Below are positions 9,500 to 18,796 of a stretch of 64,000 nt of DNA, one piece after another. Where the stretch lies: the IMG/VR virus record IMGVR_UViG_3300028585_000514. One strand, 5' to 3'. This stretch comes from a virus. Its lineage: Duplodnaviria > Heunggongvirae > Uroviricota > Caudoviricetes. Under the pieces are notes generated by a model, which did not search any database, was not told the DNA's origin, and saw only the letters and a list, made by a program, of their open reading frames with translations. The position numbers and the translations under genes are program-made. Position 1 is the stretch's first letter. Each line of letters starts with the position of its first letter.

Positions 9500-10156
9500 T
9501 TACGCGGCCTGCTGGACTGGCTGATCGTCCTTCGGCGGGTTCTTCTCGTTTGCCGAGCGCGAGTAGACGAACGACACCGGACCATCCTTCGACTCTTGCA
9601 GCTTGTCGATCTTCATGGTGAAGCGATCCGATTGCGAACGGAGGATCGAGATGTAGACGTGGGTGATGCGTTCGGTGGTGCCGCAGCGTTCCATCAATTG
9701 CTTGATAGTCCATTGCTTGTAGGTGCCATCTTCGTTCTTCTCCCAGAAGGCGCGGCGCATCTTCTGCAGCTTCGAATCACGCTCCTTGCGTGGCTTCTTG
9801 CCGGCCATGGCTTCTTGTTGAACGATTTCTTCCGACTTCTGTTCGACGACCTTTTCTTCCTGCTTGTCGAACTGAGTCAGCAGGGACAGGTCCATCTTGG
9901 ACAGCAGACCGAAGACTTTCTCGGCTGCTTTCTCTTTCGCGATCTTGAACTTATTGATCGGCTCGACCGAGTGGGACTTGCCGAACTGCTCGAACGCGTT
10001 AAACAAGTCCGTCAGCTGCTGGAGCGACAGGACCTCGAGGTCTTTGGCTGAACTGACGATCAACTGATCCTCGGTGGCTTTCTCTTTTGCAGCATCTGGG
10101 TTTTGTACGAAACCCGCAACGTTGTTCAGTTTGGTGTTGATGATGAAAGCCGACAT
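9500..10156 (-). CDS. hypothetical protein
   Basis: A 218-aa ORF with a TGTACT-N17-TATAAT promoter upstream and a hairpin terminator downstream. Confidence 0.6.
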   Translation of the reverse strand: MSAFIINTKLNNVAGFVQNPDAAKEKATEDQLIVSSAKDLEVLSLQQLTDLFNAFEQFGKSHSVEPINKFKIAKEKAAEKVFGLLSKMDLSLLTQFDKQEEKVVEQKSEEIVQQEAMAGKKPRKERDSKLQKMRRAFWEKNEDGTYKQWTIKQLMERCGTTERITHVYISILRSQSDRFTMKIDKLQESKDGPVSFVYSRSANEKNPPKDDQPVQQAA

Positions 10157-10293
10157 GAAAATTCCTTAAGTAGTGTTACTTGACCATAGCTACGTGGTGT
10201 GGATATATTTTACCATCGCCGCTTTACTATGTAAATGAATTATTACATAATCAAGCGGTTTGTAACATAAGCATTCCACACCACCATGAAATC

Positions 10294-10322
10294 ATTATAA
10301 CCTATACTTTAAAGAAAGTACA
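10294..10322 (-). promoter_or_regulatory. promoter TGTACT-N17-TATAAT (P2)
   Basis: The spacer contains TTCTTTAAAG. Upstream of 9500..10156. Confidence 0.5.
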
Positions 10323-11849
10323 TCAGTTCCGATTCTTTCTCTTAGTACCATGGGCTTTGTAATCGGCTTGGTACCGGCCTTGGGCGTCGAACGTTTCCAC
10401 TACAACATCGAATTCCCAGAGGTTGGCGAGATGGCCGATCGTCTCTTTGGCCAGGTCCGGATGGAGAGCACGACCTTGGTGAGGAGTGTGCACCAGGTAC
10501 ATAGAACGATCGCCTAGGACGTTTACTTCATCGACTTGGATGTCTGGCACCCAGTTGGCACGATTGTAGCTATCGGCCAATGCATTACGGATGTCGATGT
10601 AGCCTTGATCATTGTGGATGGCTGAGATTTCGACGAAGTTTTCTGCCGAGTCATCCTTGACCGAGAACATCTTGAAGTCACGCATCACCTTCGGCGACAG
10701 GAACTGCTGGATGAACGAGTCATCTTTGTAGTTCGCCATTGCGTCATGGACTGCATCGACCCAGTCCTTACCGATCAAGAATGGGAACCAGCGCTTGTCT
10801 TCTTCGGTTGGATTCTCGCAGATGCGCTTGATGTCCATGAAGATCGCGAAGCCGAGCGCATATGGATTCCAGCCACTGAAGTAACGTGAATCGAACTCGG
10901 GCTGATACACGACGCCGGTATGGGACGTGATGAACTCGAGGAACGAACCTTCCGTGATCAGGCCTTCGTTGCGCATCTTCTCCATGATGTAGTAGTGCGT
11001 GAAGGTGGCGAAGCCTTCGTTCAGGACCTTGGTCTGAGCTTGCGGGTAGAAGTACTGGGCGAGCTTGCGGATGATGCGGATGATTTCACGTTTCCACGAA
11101 GGCAGGTCCGGAGCATACTTCTCGATGAAGTACAGGATATTGTCTTCACGATCCTTAGGAAACTTTGGTTCCTCCGCGTCAGCTTCCAGCTTCTTCGGCA
11201 CGGTCTTATCCCAGATTGGATCGTAGTCAATACGTTCCTGTTCCAGGCGATCCATCGCACGTTGCTCTTCATCTTTCGACGAGAGCTTGCTACGGCGAGT
11301 GTAACGATCGACGCCGTAGTCCATGAGGGCATGGCAGCTGTCGAGAACCGATTCGACTTCGTCGGTGCCATACTTCTCTTCGCATGCAGCGATGTACTTC
11401 TTGGCGAACACCAAGTAGTCGATAATGGCGCCGGCATCGGTGAACTGCTTGAACATCATGTTGCCTTTGAACACAGCCGAGTGTCCAGCACTTGCGTGAG
11501 CCATGACCAAGGCTTGCATGGTCATGTTGTTCTCTTCCATCAAGTACGCGATGCACGGATCGGAGTTGATCACGATCTCGTAAGCCAGGCCCATTTGGCC
11601 CGTTTTGTACGCTTCATGGTTCCGCAAGAATTCCTTACCGAACGACCAGTGCTTGTACATGACTGGCAGGCCGGTGGAGGCATAGCAGTCCAGCATCTGT
11701 TCGGACGAGATCACCTCGAATTGAGGCTTGTAGTAATCGAGACGCAGGTCTTGCTTTGCGATGCGGTCGATTTCGATCCAGGTTTTTTCGAGAAGGTCAA
11801 AATTCCAATCTTGACCGGCTTCGAACAGAGGCTTCTTTTTCTTTGCCAT
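10323..11849 (-). CDS. spoVR: SpoVR-family protein
   Basis: The 508-aa product is conserved along its length with the SpoVR/YcgB family. It is the third gene after prkA and yeaH. Confidence 0.9.
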   Translation of the reverse strand: MAKKKKPLFEAGQDWNFDLLEKTWIEIDRIAKQDLRLDYYKPQFEVISSEQMLDCYASTGLPVMYKHWSFGKEFLRNHEAYKTGQMGLAYEIVINSDPCIAYLMEENNMTMQALVMAHASAGHSAVFKGNMMFKQFTDAGAIIDYLVFAKKYIAACEEKYGTDEVESVLDSCHALMDYGVDRYTRRSKLSSKDEEQRAMDRLEQERIDYDPIWDKTVPKKLEADAEEPKFPKDREDNILYFIEKYAPDLPSWKREIIRIIRKLAQYFYPQAQTKVLNEGFATFTHYYIMEKMRNEGLITEGSFLEFITSHTGVVYQPEFDSRYFSGWNPYALGFAIFMDIKRICENPTEEDKRWFPFLIGKDWVDAVHDAMANYKDDSFIQQFLSPKVMRDFKMFSVKDDSAENFVEISAIHNDQGYIDIRNALADSYNRANWVPDIQVDEVNVLGDRSMYLVHTPHQGRALHPDLAKETIGHLANLWEFDVVVETFDAQGRYQADYKAHGTKRKNRN

Positions 11850-11858
11850 GATGATTCC

Positions 11859-13157
11859 TTATTTGACTTTCTTTTCGAAAAGTTCTTTGAACACTGGATA
11901 GATGTCCGAGTCCTCGAAGACCGAGTTCATTTGGAAGTGAGAGACAGCATTAGCCACACTCTCGTACGTCGCCCAGATGTCGCTCTGATACCCCGGGGAT
12001 TGGCCGACTTGGATATAGGCATAGTACTGGCAGGCTGGCAGAATCGTGTCAACCAGGAGGTCGTGGCACACTGCGTTGTCTTCATACCAGTTATCGCCGT
12101 CCGAGCATTGGCAGACGTAGACGTTTGTGTTGCCATCGGCATATTCGTCCGTGATGATCTTGGCCAACGTGCTGAGAGCCGACGACACCATCGTACCACC
12201 TGATTCGCGGGAGTTGAAGAACTCGTCTTCGTCGACCTCTTTCGCTTCGGTGGTGTGCGAGATGAAGCGCACGGTGATCTTCTCGTACTTGCGGGCCAGG
12301 AACATGTACAGCAGCCAGAAGAACTTGCGGGACAGGGTCTTTTCATGCTCACCCATCGAACCCGAGATGTCCATCACGCAGAACATGACAGCACTCGTGA
12401 TCGGATGCTCTTCGGCGACGATCGAGTGGTAGCGCAGGTCGACTGGGTCCAGGAACGGCACGTTCTCGATCTTGCGCTTGTAGCCCAGGATTTTCTTTTC
12501 GAGTTCAGCGATCTCGGCATTGTGCTGGGTGGTAGCCATGATTTCTTGTGGCACGCCCATTGTCAGCAGTTCAGCCAGTTCGGCTTCTGCTTCCTTCAGC
12601 TTACGCTTGTAAGGAGCACGGCTCGTGATGCGACGACCTTGCGATTGGCGCAGGGTTTTCGAACGATCCAGTTTGGCCGGCGAACCAGTCGACGAGTAGC
12701 CAGCGTTGTGATACTTGACTTCGACCATCTGACGCAAGTTTTCCTTGGTCAGGTCTGGCAGTTCCAGTTCTTCGAACAGGAATTCCAGGAACTCCTCGCG
12801 GGAGATTTCGACAATGAAGTCGTCTTCGCCTTGACCAGAGTTTGAAGCTTTACGACCGCCTTGGCCTTGATCTTGTGGCGGCTTACGGAAACGATCGCCC
12901 GTGTTGAATTCTTTATTGCCAGGACGAACCGTCTCGCGAGTACCACCTTGTCCATGACGGAACGATGGCTCGTTGATATTCTTCTGCGGGATGTGGACGA
13001 TGCCGCCATCGCTTGCGATGTCCTGGATTTTACGCGAGTTGATGATGTCTGGTAAGGCTTTCCTTACTGATTCGCGAATACGCTTGAGGAATTTCTGACG
13101 GTTGTCGAGAGATTTACCCTTGCCGTTGATTCGTCGATCGACGATCGTGAAGCTCAT
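11859..13157 (-). CDS. yeaH: YeaH/DUF444 (UPF0229) protein with a vWA-like C-terminus
   Basis: Starts MSFTIVDRRINGKGKS, as in the YeaH family. The true start is the internal Met preceded by AAAATAAT; the track ORF begins too far upstream. Confidence 0.9.
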   Translation of the reverse strand: MSFTIVDRRINGKGKSLDNRQKFLKRIRESVRKALPDIINSRKIQDIASDGGIVHIPQKNINEPSFRHGQGGTRETVRPGNKEFNTGDRFRKPPQDQGQGGRKASNSGQGEDDFIVEISREEFLEFLFEELELPDLTKENLRQMVEVKYHNAGYSSTGSPAKLDRSKTLRQSQGRRITSRAPYKRKLKEAEAELAELLTMGVPQEIMATTQHNAEIAELEKKILGYKRKIENVPFLDPVDLRYHSIVAEEHPITSAVMFCVMDISGSMGEHEKTLSRKFFWLLYMFLARKYEKITVRFISHTTEAKEVDEDEFFNSRESGGTMVSSALSTLAKIITDEYADGNTNVYVCQCSDGDNWYEDNAVCHDLLVDTILPACQYYAYIQVGQSPGYQSDIWATYESVANAVSHFQMNSVFEDSDIYPVFKELFEKKVK

Positions 13158-13158
13158 A

Positions 13159-13422
13159 TTATTTTCCTGATTGAGGGTCGTTGATGACCGGCGCTGCAGG
13201 TTGAACTTGAAGCTTGCATGCAAGCAAGGCGTGTGGAACTTCCGAACCACCTTTCAAGACTACCATCTCTTCGCACGATTTCGCTTGAGCCAGAGCCGCG
13301 TTGGACTTGACACTCGAGTCATGGATGAAATATGCAATGCCGAGGATAACTGACACGATGAAGGTGCCGACCAGAAGTACAGTCACAACCGAGCTCGTGT
13401 TATCGTCCATTTCGATTTTCAT
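13159..13422 (-). CDS. small membrane protein
   Basis: An 87-aa product with one transmembrane segment. Its stop abuts the yeaH start. Confidence 0.5.
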   Translation of the reverse strand: MKIEMDDNTSSVVTVLLVGTFIVSVILGIAYFIHDSSVKSNAALAQAKSCEEMVVLKGGSEVPHALLACKLQVQPAAPVINDPQSGK

Positions 13423-13460
13423 GATTGCCTATTATTTTTGTATGAGGTACTACGTGCTGC

Positions 13461-13727
13461 TTACGAAACCAGGATTTCTCGTTTCAGGTAGGACAAAATC
13501 ATCCAGTCCTGAAAGTAAACTTCCTTGCCGTTGAGTTGGCTGAGGAGGTGTTCTTCATGTTCTTCGTCTTCGGCAAATGCGATGATGAATTCGCGAAGCT
13601 CTTCACGATTCTTGTCCGTCACTTTGACTGGGAAATCGTTGCAGCTATTATTGCTTAACTCGTCGGATGCCTGCTCTAGAAGTTTTGCGAAGATTGCCTT
13701 TTCAGTGTCGTTAAAGCTTAGGTTCAT
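13461..13727 (-). CDS. hypothetical protein
   Basis: An 88-aa acidic ORF. Confidence 0.5.
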   Translation of the reverse strand: MNLSFNDTEKAIFAKLLEQASDELSNNSCNDFPVKVTDKNREELREFIIAFAEDEEHEEHLLSQLNGKEVYFQDWMILSYLKREILVS

Positions 13728-13943
13728 TTGTCAGTCGGGTTGTTAGCCCATTTGAAGATTTTGTATGCACCACGGAGAATGCTGAACACACCGATAACAA
13801 CAACACCGATTAGTCCCACCGTGAATCTCAATAGCACCGGACCAAATACGAGTAACGCAATGATCCCTAAGATAATCAATACTACGGTCATGTTCTCTTT
13901 CGAATGCCACCGACTCGTGAAAGTCGGTGGCGGCCTTTAGTGA

Positions 13944-15884
13944 TTACTTGTTCTTACGAACACGCATCCACCATTCAACCAGCAGGCGGGTCTGGCGCGG
14001 GGTGTAGCCCAGGTCGGACATGCGCTTGACGAAGGACTCGTGTGCTTCTTGATCCTTCTTCGAGCCTTTCGACGAGAAGCTGATCACCGGCAGGATTTCT
14101 TCAGTCGATGCGAACATCTTCTTCTCGATCACCTGGCGCATCTTCTCGAATGCATCCCATTTCGGCGACTTGCCTTTGTTCTCGGCCTTGTGGCGGAGGA
14201 CGAAGTTCACCAGCTCGTTACGGAAGTCTTTCGGGTTCACGATCCCGGCCGGCTTCTCGATCTTCTCGAGTTCGGCGTTCAGCGTCGAGCGATCGAACTG
14301 CTCTTGCGTGTCCGGGTCGCGGAAGTCTTCGTCACGAATCCAGTAGTCAGCGTACTGGAAGTAGCGGTCGAAGATGGTCTGGCCGTAGTCGGCGTACGAG
14401 TCCATGAACGCGATGCGAATCTGGTTCTCGACGAACTCGACGTACTTGTCGCCCAGGTGATGCTTGATCAGGTTGACGAGATGTTCTTCGCGATCGGATG
14501 GATACTGCTCCTTGACGATTTCCTGCTCGAGGACGTACATCAGGTGGATCGGGTTCGCGGCCAGTTCTTCCGAGTCGAAGTTGAACACCTTCGACAGGAT
14601 TTTGAAGGCGAAGCGAGTCGAGACGCCGTTCATGCCTTCGTTGACGCCGGCCAGGTCCTTGTATTCCTGCAGCGGCTTGGCACGCGGGTCGGTGTTCTTG
14701 ATGTTCTCGCCGTTGTAGACCGACATCTTCGAGAACAGGTTCGAGTTCTGTGGTTCGACCAGGCGGGACATGACAGCGAACTTGGCCAACATTTCCAGGG
14801 TTTCAGGAGCACATGGCGCCTTGGCCAGGGCCGAACCAGCCAGCATCTTCTTGTAGATCGACACTTCTTCGTCGACACGCAGGCAGTACGGCACCTTGAC
14901 GATGTAGACACGATCCAGGAAGGCTTCGTTGTTCTTGTTGTTGCGGAACGTTTTCCATTCCGATTCGTTCGAGTGTGCCAGGACGATGCCATCGAACGGG
15001 ATCGACGAAACGCTGTCGGTGCCGTTGAAGTTCTTTTCCTGCGTCGCGGTCAGCAGCGGATGCAGCATCTTGATCGGCGCCTTGAACATCTCGACGAAGT
15101 CCAGGATACCTTGGTTGGCGCGGCACAGGCCGCCGCTGTAGCTGTATGCGTATGGGTGGTCGGCGGCGTAGTCTTCCAGCTTGCGGATGTCGACCTTGCC
15201 GACGAGGGTCGAGATGTCTTGATTGTTCTCGTCGCCTGGTTCGACCTTGTCGATTGCCAGATGTTTCAGCACCGATGGGTATTGCTTGACGACGGTCAGT
15301 TGGGACAGGTCGCCGTTGACTTCTTTCAGGCGTTCAACCAGCCATGGCGAAGCGTTGACGCGCAGTGCGGTGCGTGGGATGCCGAACTCTTCTTCGAGTT
15401 GCTTAGCGTAGGTGGCCTTGTCGAATGCCGACAGTGGGTGGTCATGGATTGGCGAACCTTCGATCGAGTAGATCGGTTCGTGTTCCATCAGCTCTTTCAG
15501 CTTTTCAGCCAGGGACGATTTGCCGCCGCCGACTGGGCCGAGCAGGTACAGGATTTGTTTCGATTCTTCCAGGCCTTGGGCGCTGTGACGGAAGTACGAA
15601 ACGATCGATTCGACGGCGTCTTCCATGCCGAAGAATTCACGGAACGCGGGGTAGACCTTGATCACGCGATTCGAGAAGATACGACCGAGACGGCTGTCGC
15701 TCTTGGTGTCGATGGTTTCCGGTTCGCCGATTGCTTTCAGCATGCGCTGAGCAGGAGAAGCGTAGACGGACGGATCGTTCTTGCAACGTTCCAGGAAATC
15801 CGTCATGGACATCTTCTCGCTGGTGTTGCGGCGAGCATAATCGCTTGCGAATTGAGCAAGCATACCGGTCGGTGCGTTAGACAT
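13944..15884 (-). CDS. prkA: PrkA-family serine protein kinase (YeaG)
   Basis: The 646-aa product has a Walker A motif (LLGPVGGGKSSLAEKLK) and PrkA-family conservation throughout. Confidence 0.9.
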   Translation of the reverse strand: MSNAPTGMLAQFASDYARRNTSEKMSMTDFLERCKNDPSVYASPAQRMLKAIGEPETIDTKSDSRLGRIFSNRVIKVYPAFREFFGMEDAVESIVSYFRHSAQGLEESKQILYLLGPVGGGKSSLAEKLKELMEHEPIYSIEGSPIHDHPLSAFDKATYAKQLEEEFGIPRTALRVNASPWLVERLKEVNGDLSQLTVVKQYPSVLKHLAIDKVEPGDENNQDISTLVGKVDIRKLEDYAADHPYAYSYSGGLCRANQGILDFVEMFKAPIKMLHPLLTATQEKNFNGTDSVSSIPFDGIVLAHSNESEWKTFRNNKNNEAFLDRVYIVKVPYCLRVDEEVSIYKKMLAGSALAKAPCAPETLEMLAKFAVMSRLVEPQNSNLFSKMSVYNGENIKNTDPRAKPLQEYKDLAGVNEGMNGVSTRFAFKILSKVFNFDSEELAANPIHLMYVLEQEIVKEQYPSDREEHLVNLIKHHLGDKYVEFVENQIRIAFMDSYADYGQTIFDRYFQYADYWIRDEDFRDPDTQEQFDRSTLNAELEKIEKPAGIVNPKDFRNELVNFVLRHKAENKGKSPKWDAFEKMRQVIEKKMFASTEEILPVISFSSKGSKKDQEAHESFVKRMSDLGYTPRQTRLLVEWWMRVRKNK

Positions 15885-15989
15885 TAGAGCTCCTATATTA
15901 TTTGGATATGTCTGGTTGGAGTAGATTTCGTTTATGCTTCCGGCTTATCACCATCAGCATAGGATGTATTATTACAACAAAGGCGTTTA

Positions 15990-16030
15990 AAGTGTAGTAT
16001 TTCCCACTTGAAACGCCTTGATGTTTCATT
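15990..16030 (-). terminator. hairpin AAGGCGTTT…AAACGCCTT followed by TTTGTTGT
   Basis: A 9-bp stem between gene 16063..16275 and prkA. Confidence 0.4.
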
Positions 16031-16062
16031 TTCGTCAGTTCCGTAGAACCGATAACAAAATT

Positions 16063-16275
16063 TTATTCTTCGTCGAGAACGTTGATCACGGCAATCATGC
16101 TAGCGGTCGGCGAGTTATCATGACCGACAATCGTGACATCGCCGTTCTCTTCCAGTTGGGCCACGGTGTACGTGCCATTCGTGTAACCCGAGTCACGATC
16201 ACAGTTCACGAGCTCGATTTCGTCGCGGACCGAGATGGCATCTGGAACTTGTTGGTTGAGGAAGCGGAGTTCCAT
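16063..16275 (-). CDS. hypothetical protein, translationally coupled to the bactofilin gene
   Basis: The start overlaps the upstream stop as TAATG. Confidence 0.5.
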   Translation of the reverse strand: MELRFLNQQVPDAISVRDEIELVNCDRDSGYTNGTYTVAQLEENGDVTIVGHDNSPTASMIAVINVLDEE

Positions 16276-16727
16276 TATGCACCTCCCAGAGCCGGTTCGC
16301 TGGAAGGCATACCACGAGGCCCTACGTTATGCAGGGCGAACTCGGACTCGTCGCCGAAGGTGCACTTCAGCTCGCCGTTCACTTGTGCCCCTGGCTCCAT
16401 CTGGAGGGCCTGATAGATCACTTTGCCATTGACACGGCCGGTGCTGGTGATATAGACACTGCCGGCCTGGATGTCGCCATTGACAGTTCCGGCAACGATC
16501 ACGTTGTCACAGGCCAGGTCACTGTGTATGGTGCCCGTCTTGTCGACGGTGACCGAGGTCGAGGTCTCGTCGTCGACACGTTCCATCTTGCCGTGGACCT
16601 CGCCACTGACCTTGATCGAGCCCTTGAATTTCATCGCGCCATGAACCGAAGTTCCTTCCGAGATGATCGAGTCGACGCCAGCGATGTTGGTCTTGACCTT
16701 TGGTTTGTTCTTACCGAATCCGAGCAT
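16275..16727 (-). CDS. bactofilin-family protein
   Basis: Repeated beta-helical G…V…G turns, for example GTVNGDIQAGSVYITSTGRVNGKV, typical of the DUF583/bactofilin domain. The start is the internal Met preceded by GGAGAATAAT. A promoter lies upstream. Confidence 0.7.
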   Translation of the reverse strand: MLGFGKNKPKVKTNIAGVDSIISEGTSVHGAMKFKGSIKVSGEVHGKMERVDDETSTSVTVDKTGTIHSDLACDNVIVAGTVNGDIQAGSVYITSTGRVNGKVIYQALQMEPGAQVNGELKCTFGDESEFALHNVGPRGMPSSEPALGGA

Positions 16728-16767
16728 ATTATTCTCCTGTGAAAAGTTGACAAATAAATATGAGTGA

Positions 16768-16796
16768 ATCATAACATGCGATTTATCGTTTGTACA
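16768..16796 (-). promoter_or_regulatory. promoter TGTACA-N17-TATGAT (P3)
   Basis: It lies 40 nt upstream of the bactofilin start. Confidence 0.5.
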
Positions 16797-16859
16797 ACCC
16801 GCGTATGTTAGAATTCAGCTCTAGCAGCACCCATAACAAAAATAATAAAGGAAGTTAAA

Positions 16860-17435
16860 GTGAATCGCCCATTCTCCAAAATATTGGTCCTCGACCAGGG
16901 CGGGACTCCTAAGTCATGGATTGACCGTCAAAAGGCAATTGAATATGCAGCAACCAACTCGGTTGCTTGGATTCCGCCGACCGCAGAAACAAACACCGTT
17001 TTCGGTGGTACAAGTTCTCTCACAGGCCTACCATCTCAAGTAGAGATTGCGTCAATCATCGCAATCAAAGGTCCTATGGCGGCACAGCTAAACGGCTACA
17101 AGACTCCAAAGGTCTCCAACAAAGCATTGTTCGCTCGCGACCATCACCGTTGCGCGTACTGTGGAAACTACTTTGACACCGAAGCCTTGACTAAGGATCA
17201 CATTAATCCAAAAGCAAAGGGTGGCAAGAATACGTGGATGAACTTGATCACTTCGTGCAAGCCATGTAACGCTAGAAAAGCAGACCGAACTCCAGAACGC
17301 GCTGGTATGCAACTGAGATACAAGCCGTACAATCCAACGCCGATCGAATACCTCTGGCTTCGGAACCGTTCCATGACTGATGAACAAATCAAGTACTTGG
17401 AAGACTTCGATACCAAAGGTCGTCGCAAGCAATAA
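16860..17435 (+). CDS. HNH homing-type endonuclease
   Basis: HHRCAYCG…DHINPKAKGG…N…CKPCNARK forms an HNH motif. The gene has a GTG start preceded by CAAAAATAATAAAGGAAG, and it is an isolated plus-strand gene. Confidence 0.8.
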   Translation: MNRPFSKILVLDQGGTPKSWIDRQKAIEYAATNSVAWIPPTAETNTVFGGTSSLTGLPSQVEIASIIAIKGPMAAQLNGYKTPKVSNKALFARDHHRCAYCGNYFDTEALTKDHINPKAKGGKNTWMNLITSCKPCNARKADRTPERAGMQLRYKPYNPTPIEYLWLRNRSMTDEQIKYLEDFDTKGRRKQ

Positions 17436-17465
17436 AAAAGGGAGCCAATGGCTCCCTTTTCTTTT
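17434..17465. terminator. bidirectional terminator AAAAAAGGGAGCC-AAT-GGCTCCCTTTTCTTTT
   Basis: It lies between the convergent HNH (plus) and cca (minus) genes. Belongs to the CCAATGG family. Confidence 0.7.
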
Positions 17466-17477
17466 CGTCGGATCAGT

Positions 17478-18572
17478 TTATTGCGACAGTGCTTCGACCC
17501 GTGCGTTGAAGATCGTTTCGGCAATCTTTGACTTGTCCGTGCACTGCTGCGCGATTCCACCAGCCGGCACCTGATACACCTTGCCCGCATCGCTTCGGAT
17601 CACGTTGAAGACTTCGGGCGGCCATTCCTCGCCGGTGTTGCTCGACATAATGAAGCTGGCAGCCGTCATGATCTGGTTGAAGCGTGGGATGCGACGGATG
17701 GCATCGCAACGCTGGAAGAACTGCACGCGTTCGATTGGCGTCAGCTTCTCGTAATTCGTGAAGGACTGCATGTTATTGTTCACGACCATCGAGACTTCTT
17801 GACAGTCCGAAGGGATAGTCCACTTGGCGTAGTCTTCCTTCATCTTGAAGCCACTGGCAATCGTCGCGAAACGAACTTCCAGGCTTGCATCGTTCTCGGC
17901 AGCCATTTGCAAGGCGCCCATCGATTTCGAGTAGCCGACGAAGAACTCTTTCAGAACGCGATCGGCATGAACACCATGCAGCGCGATGAACATGCGATCC
18001 GGCCGACGTTCCATCAACCCCTTCTTGAATTCAGCCCACACGCGTTCGGGCGTCACGTGATCGAGCTCACCCATACGAATCATTTCGGCTGCCATGTTCA
18101 AAGTCTCGCTGGCGATTTCGAAGGTGTCGTAACGAGCGAAGAAACGAGCGAGACGCAGGACGCGCACTGGGTCTTCACGGAAGGCGTCCGAAGTGTGTCG
18201 CAGAACTTTGCGCTCCAAGTCTTCCTGGCCGCCATAGGGATCGACGACGGTACCATCAGGAAGCATGGCCATGGCATTGATCGTCAAGTCACGACGAGCC
18301 AGATCATCTTCCAGTGTCACGTCTGGCGAGAACATGACTTCGAAGCCATGGTAGCCTGGACCGGTTTTCTTTTCCTGGCGAGCCAGTGCATACTCCTCGC
18401 CGGTGGTCGGGTGCAGGAACACCGGGAATTCTGCGCCGACTTGCTGAAAGCCGAGCGACACCATTTCCTCGATCGTTGACCCGACCACAACGTAATCGAT
18501 GTCTTGAGGGTCGAAGCCGAGCAGCTTGTCTCGCACTGCACCACCAACCATGTATACTTTCAACTGATCCAT
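17478..18572 (-). CDS. cca: tRNA nucleotidyltransferase (CCA-adding enzyme) with an HD domain
   Basis: Starts MDQLKVYMVGGAVRDKLLG, matching the Cca N-terminus. The start is the internal Met preceded by AAGGATAAT. Confidence 0.85.
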   Translation of the reverse strand: MDQLKVYMVGGAVRDKLLGFDPQDIDYVVVGSTIEEMVSLGFQQVGAEFPVFLHPTTGEEYALARQEKKTGPGYHGFEVMFSPDVTLEDDLARRDLTINAMAMLPDGTVVDPYGGQEDLERKVLRHTSDAFREDPVRVLRLARFFARYDTFEIASETLNMAAEMIRMGELDHVTPERVWAEFKKGLMERRPDRMFIALHGVHADRVLKEFFVGYSKSMGALQMAAENDASLEVRFATIASGFKMKEDYAKWTIPSDCQEVSMVVNNNMQSFTNYEKLTPIERVQFFQRCDAIRRIPRFNQIMTAASFIMSSNTGEEWPPEVFNVIRSDAGKVYQVPAGGIAQQCTDKSKIAETIFNARVEALSQ

Positions 18573-18579
18573 ATTATCC

Positions 18580-18792
18580 TTAGTCGTAAACGTGTTCTGG
18601 AATTCGGTGCCAGCAACCTGTAAAGGTTTCTGACACAATAGCACTGAATGATTTATTGAGGTTCTGATCGACATAGCCGGACGGGATTTTCTTGCGATTT
18701 AGCTCGCGAAGCCACACCCATCCAAATTCAATCGAGTAAACTGGATACCAGCAGAACCACTCATGCCATTCGGTTTTAGGTTTCTTTTTCAT
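18580..18792 (-). CDS. hypothetical Trp-rich protein
   Basis: A 70-aa ORF. Confidence 0.5.
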   Translation of the reverse strand: MKKKPKTEWHEWFCWYPVYSIEFGWVWLRELNRKKIPSGYVDQNLNKSFSAIVSETFTGCWHRIPEHVYD

Positions 18793-18796
18793 ACGC

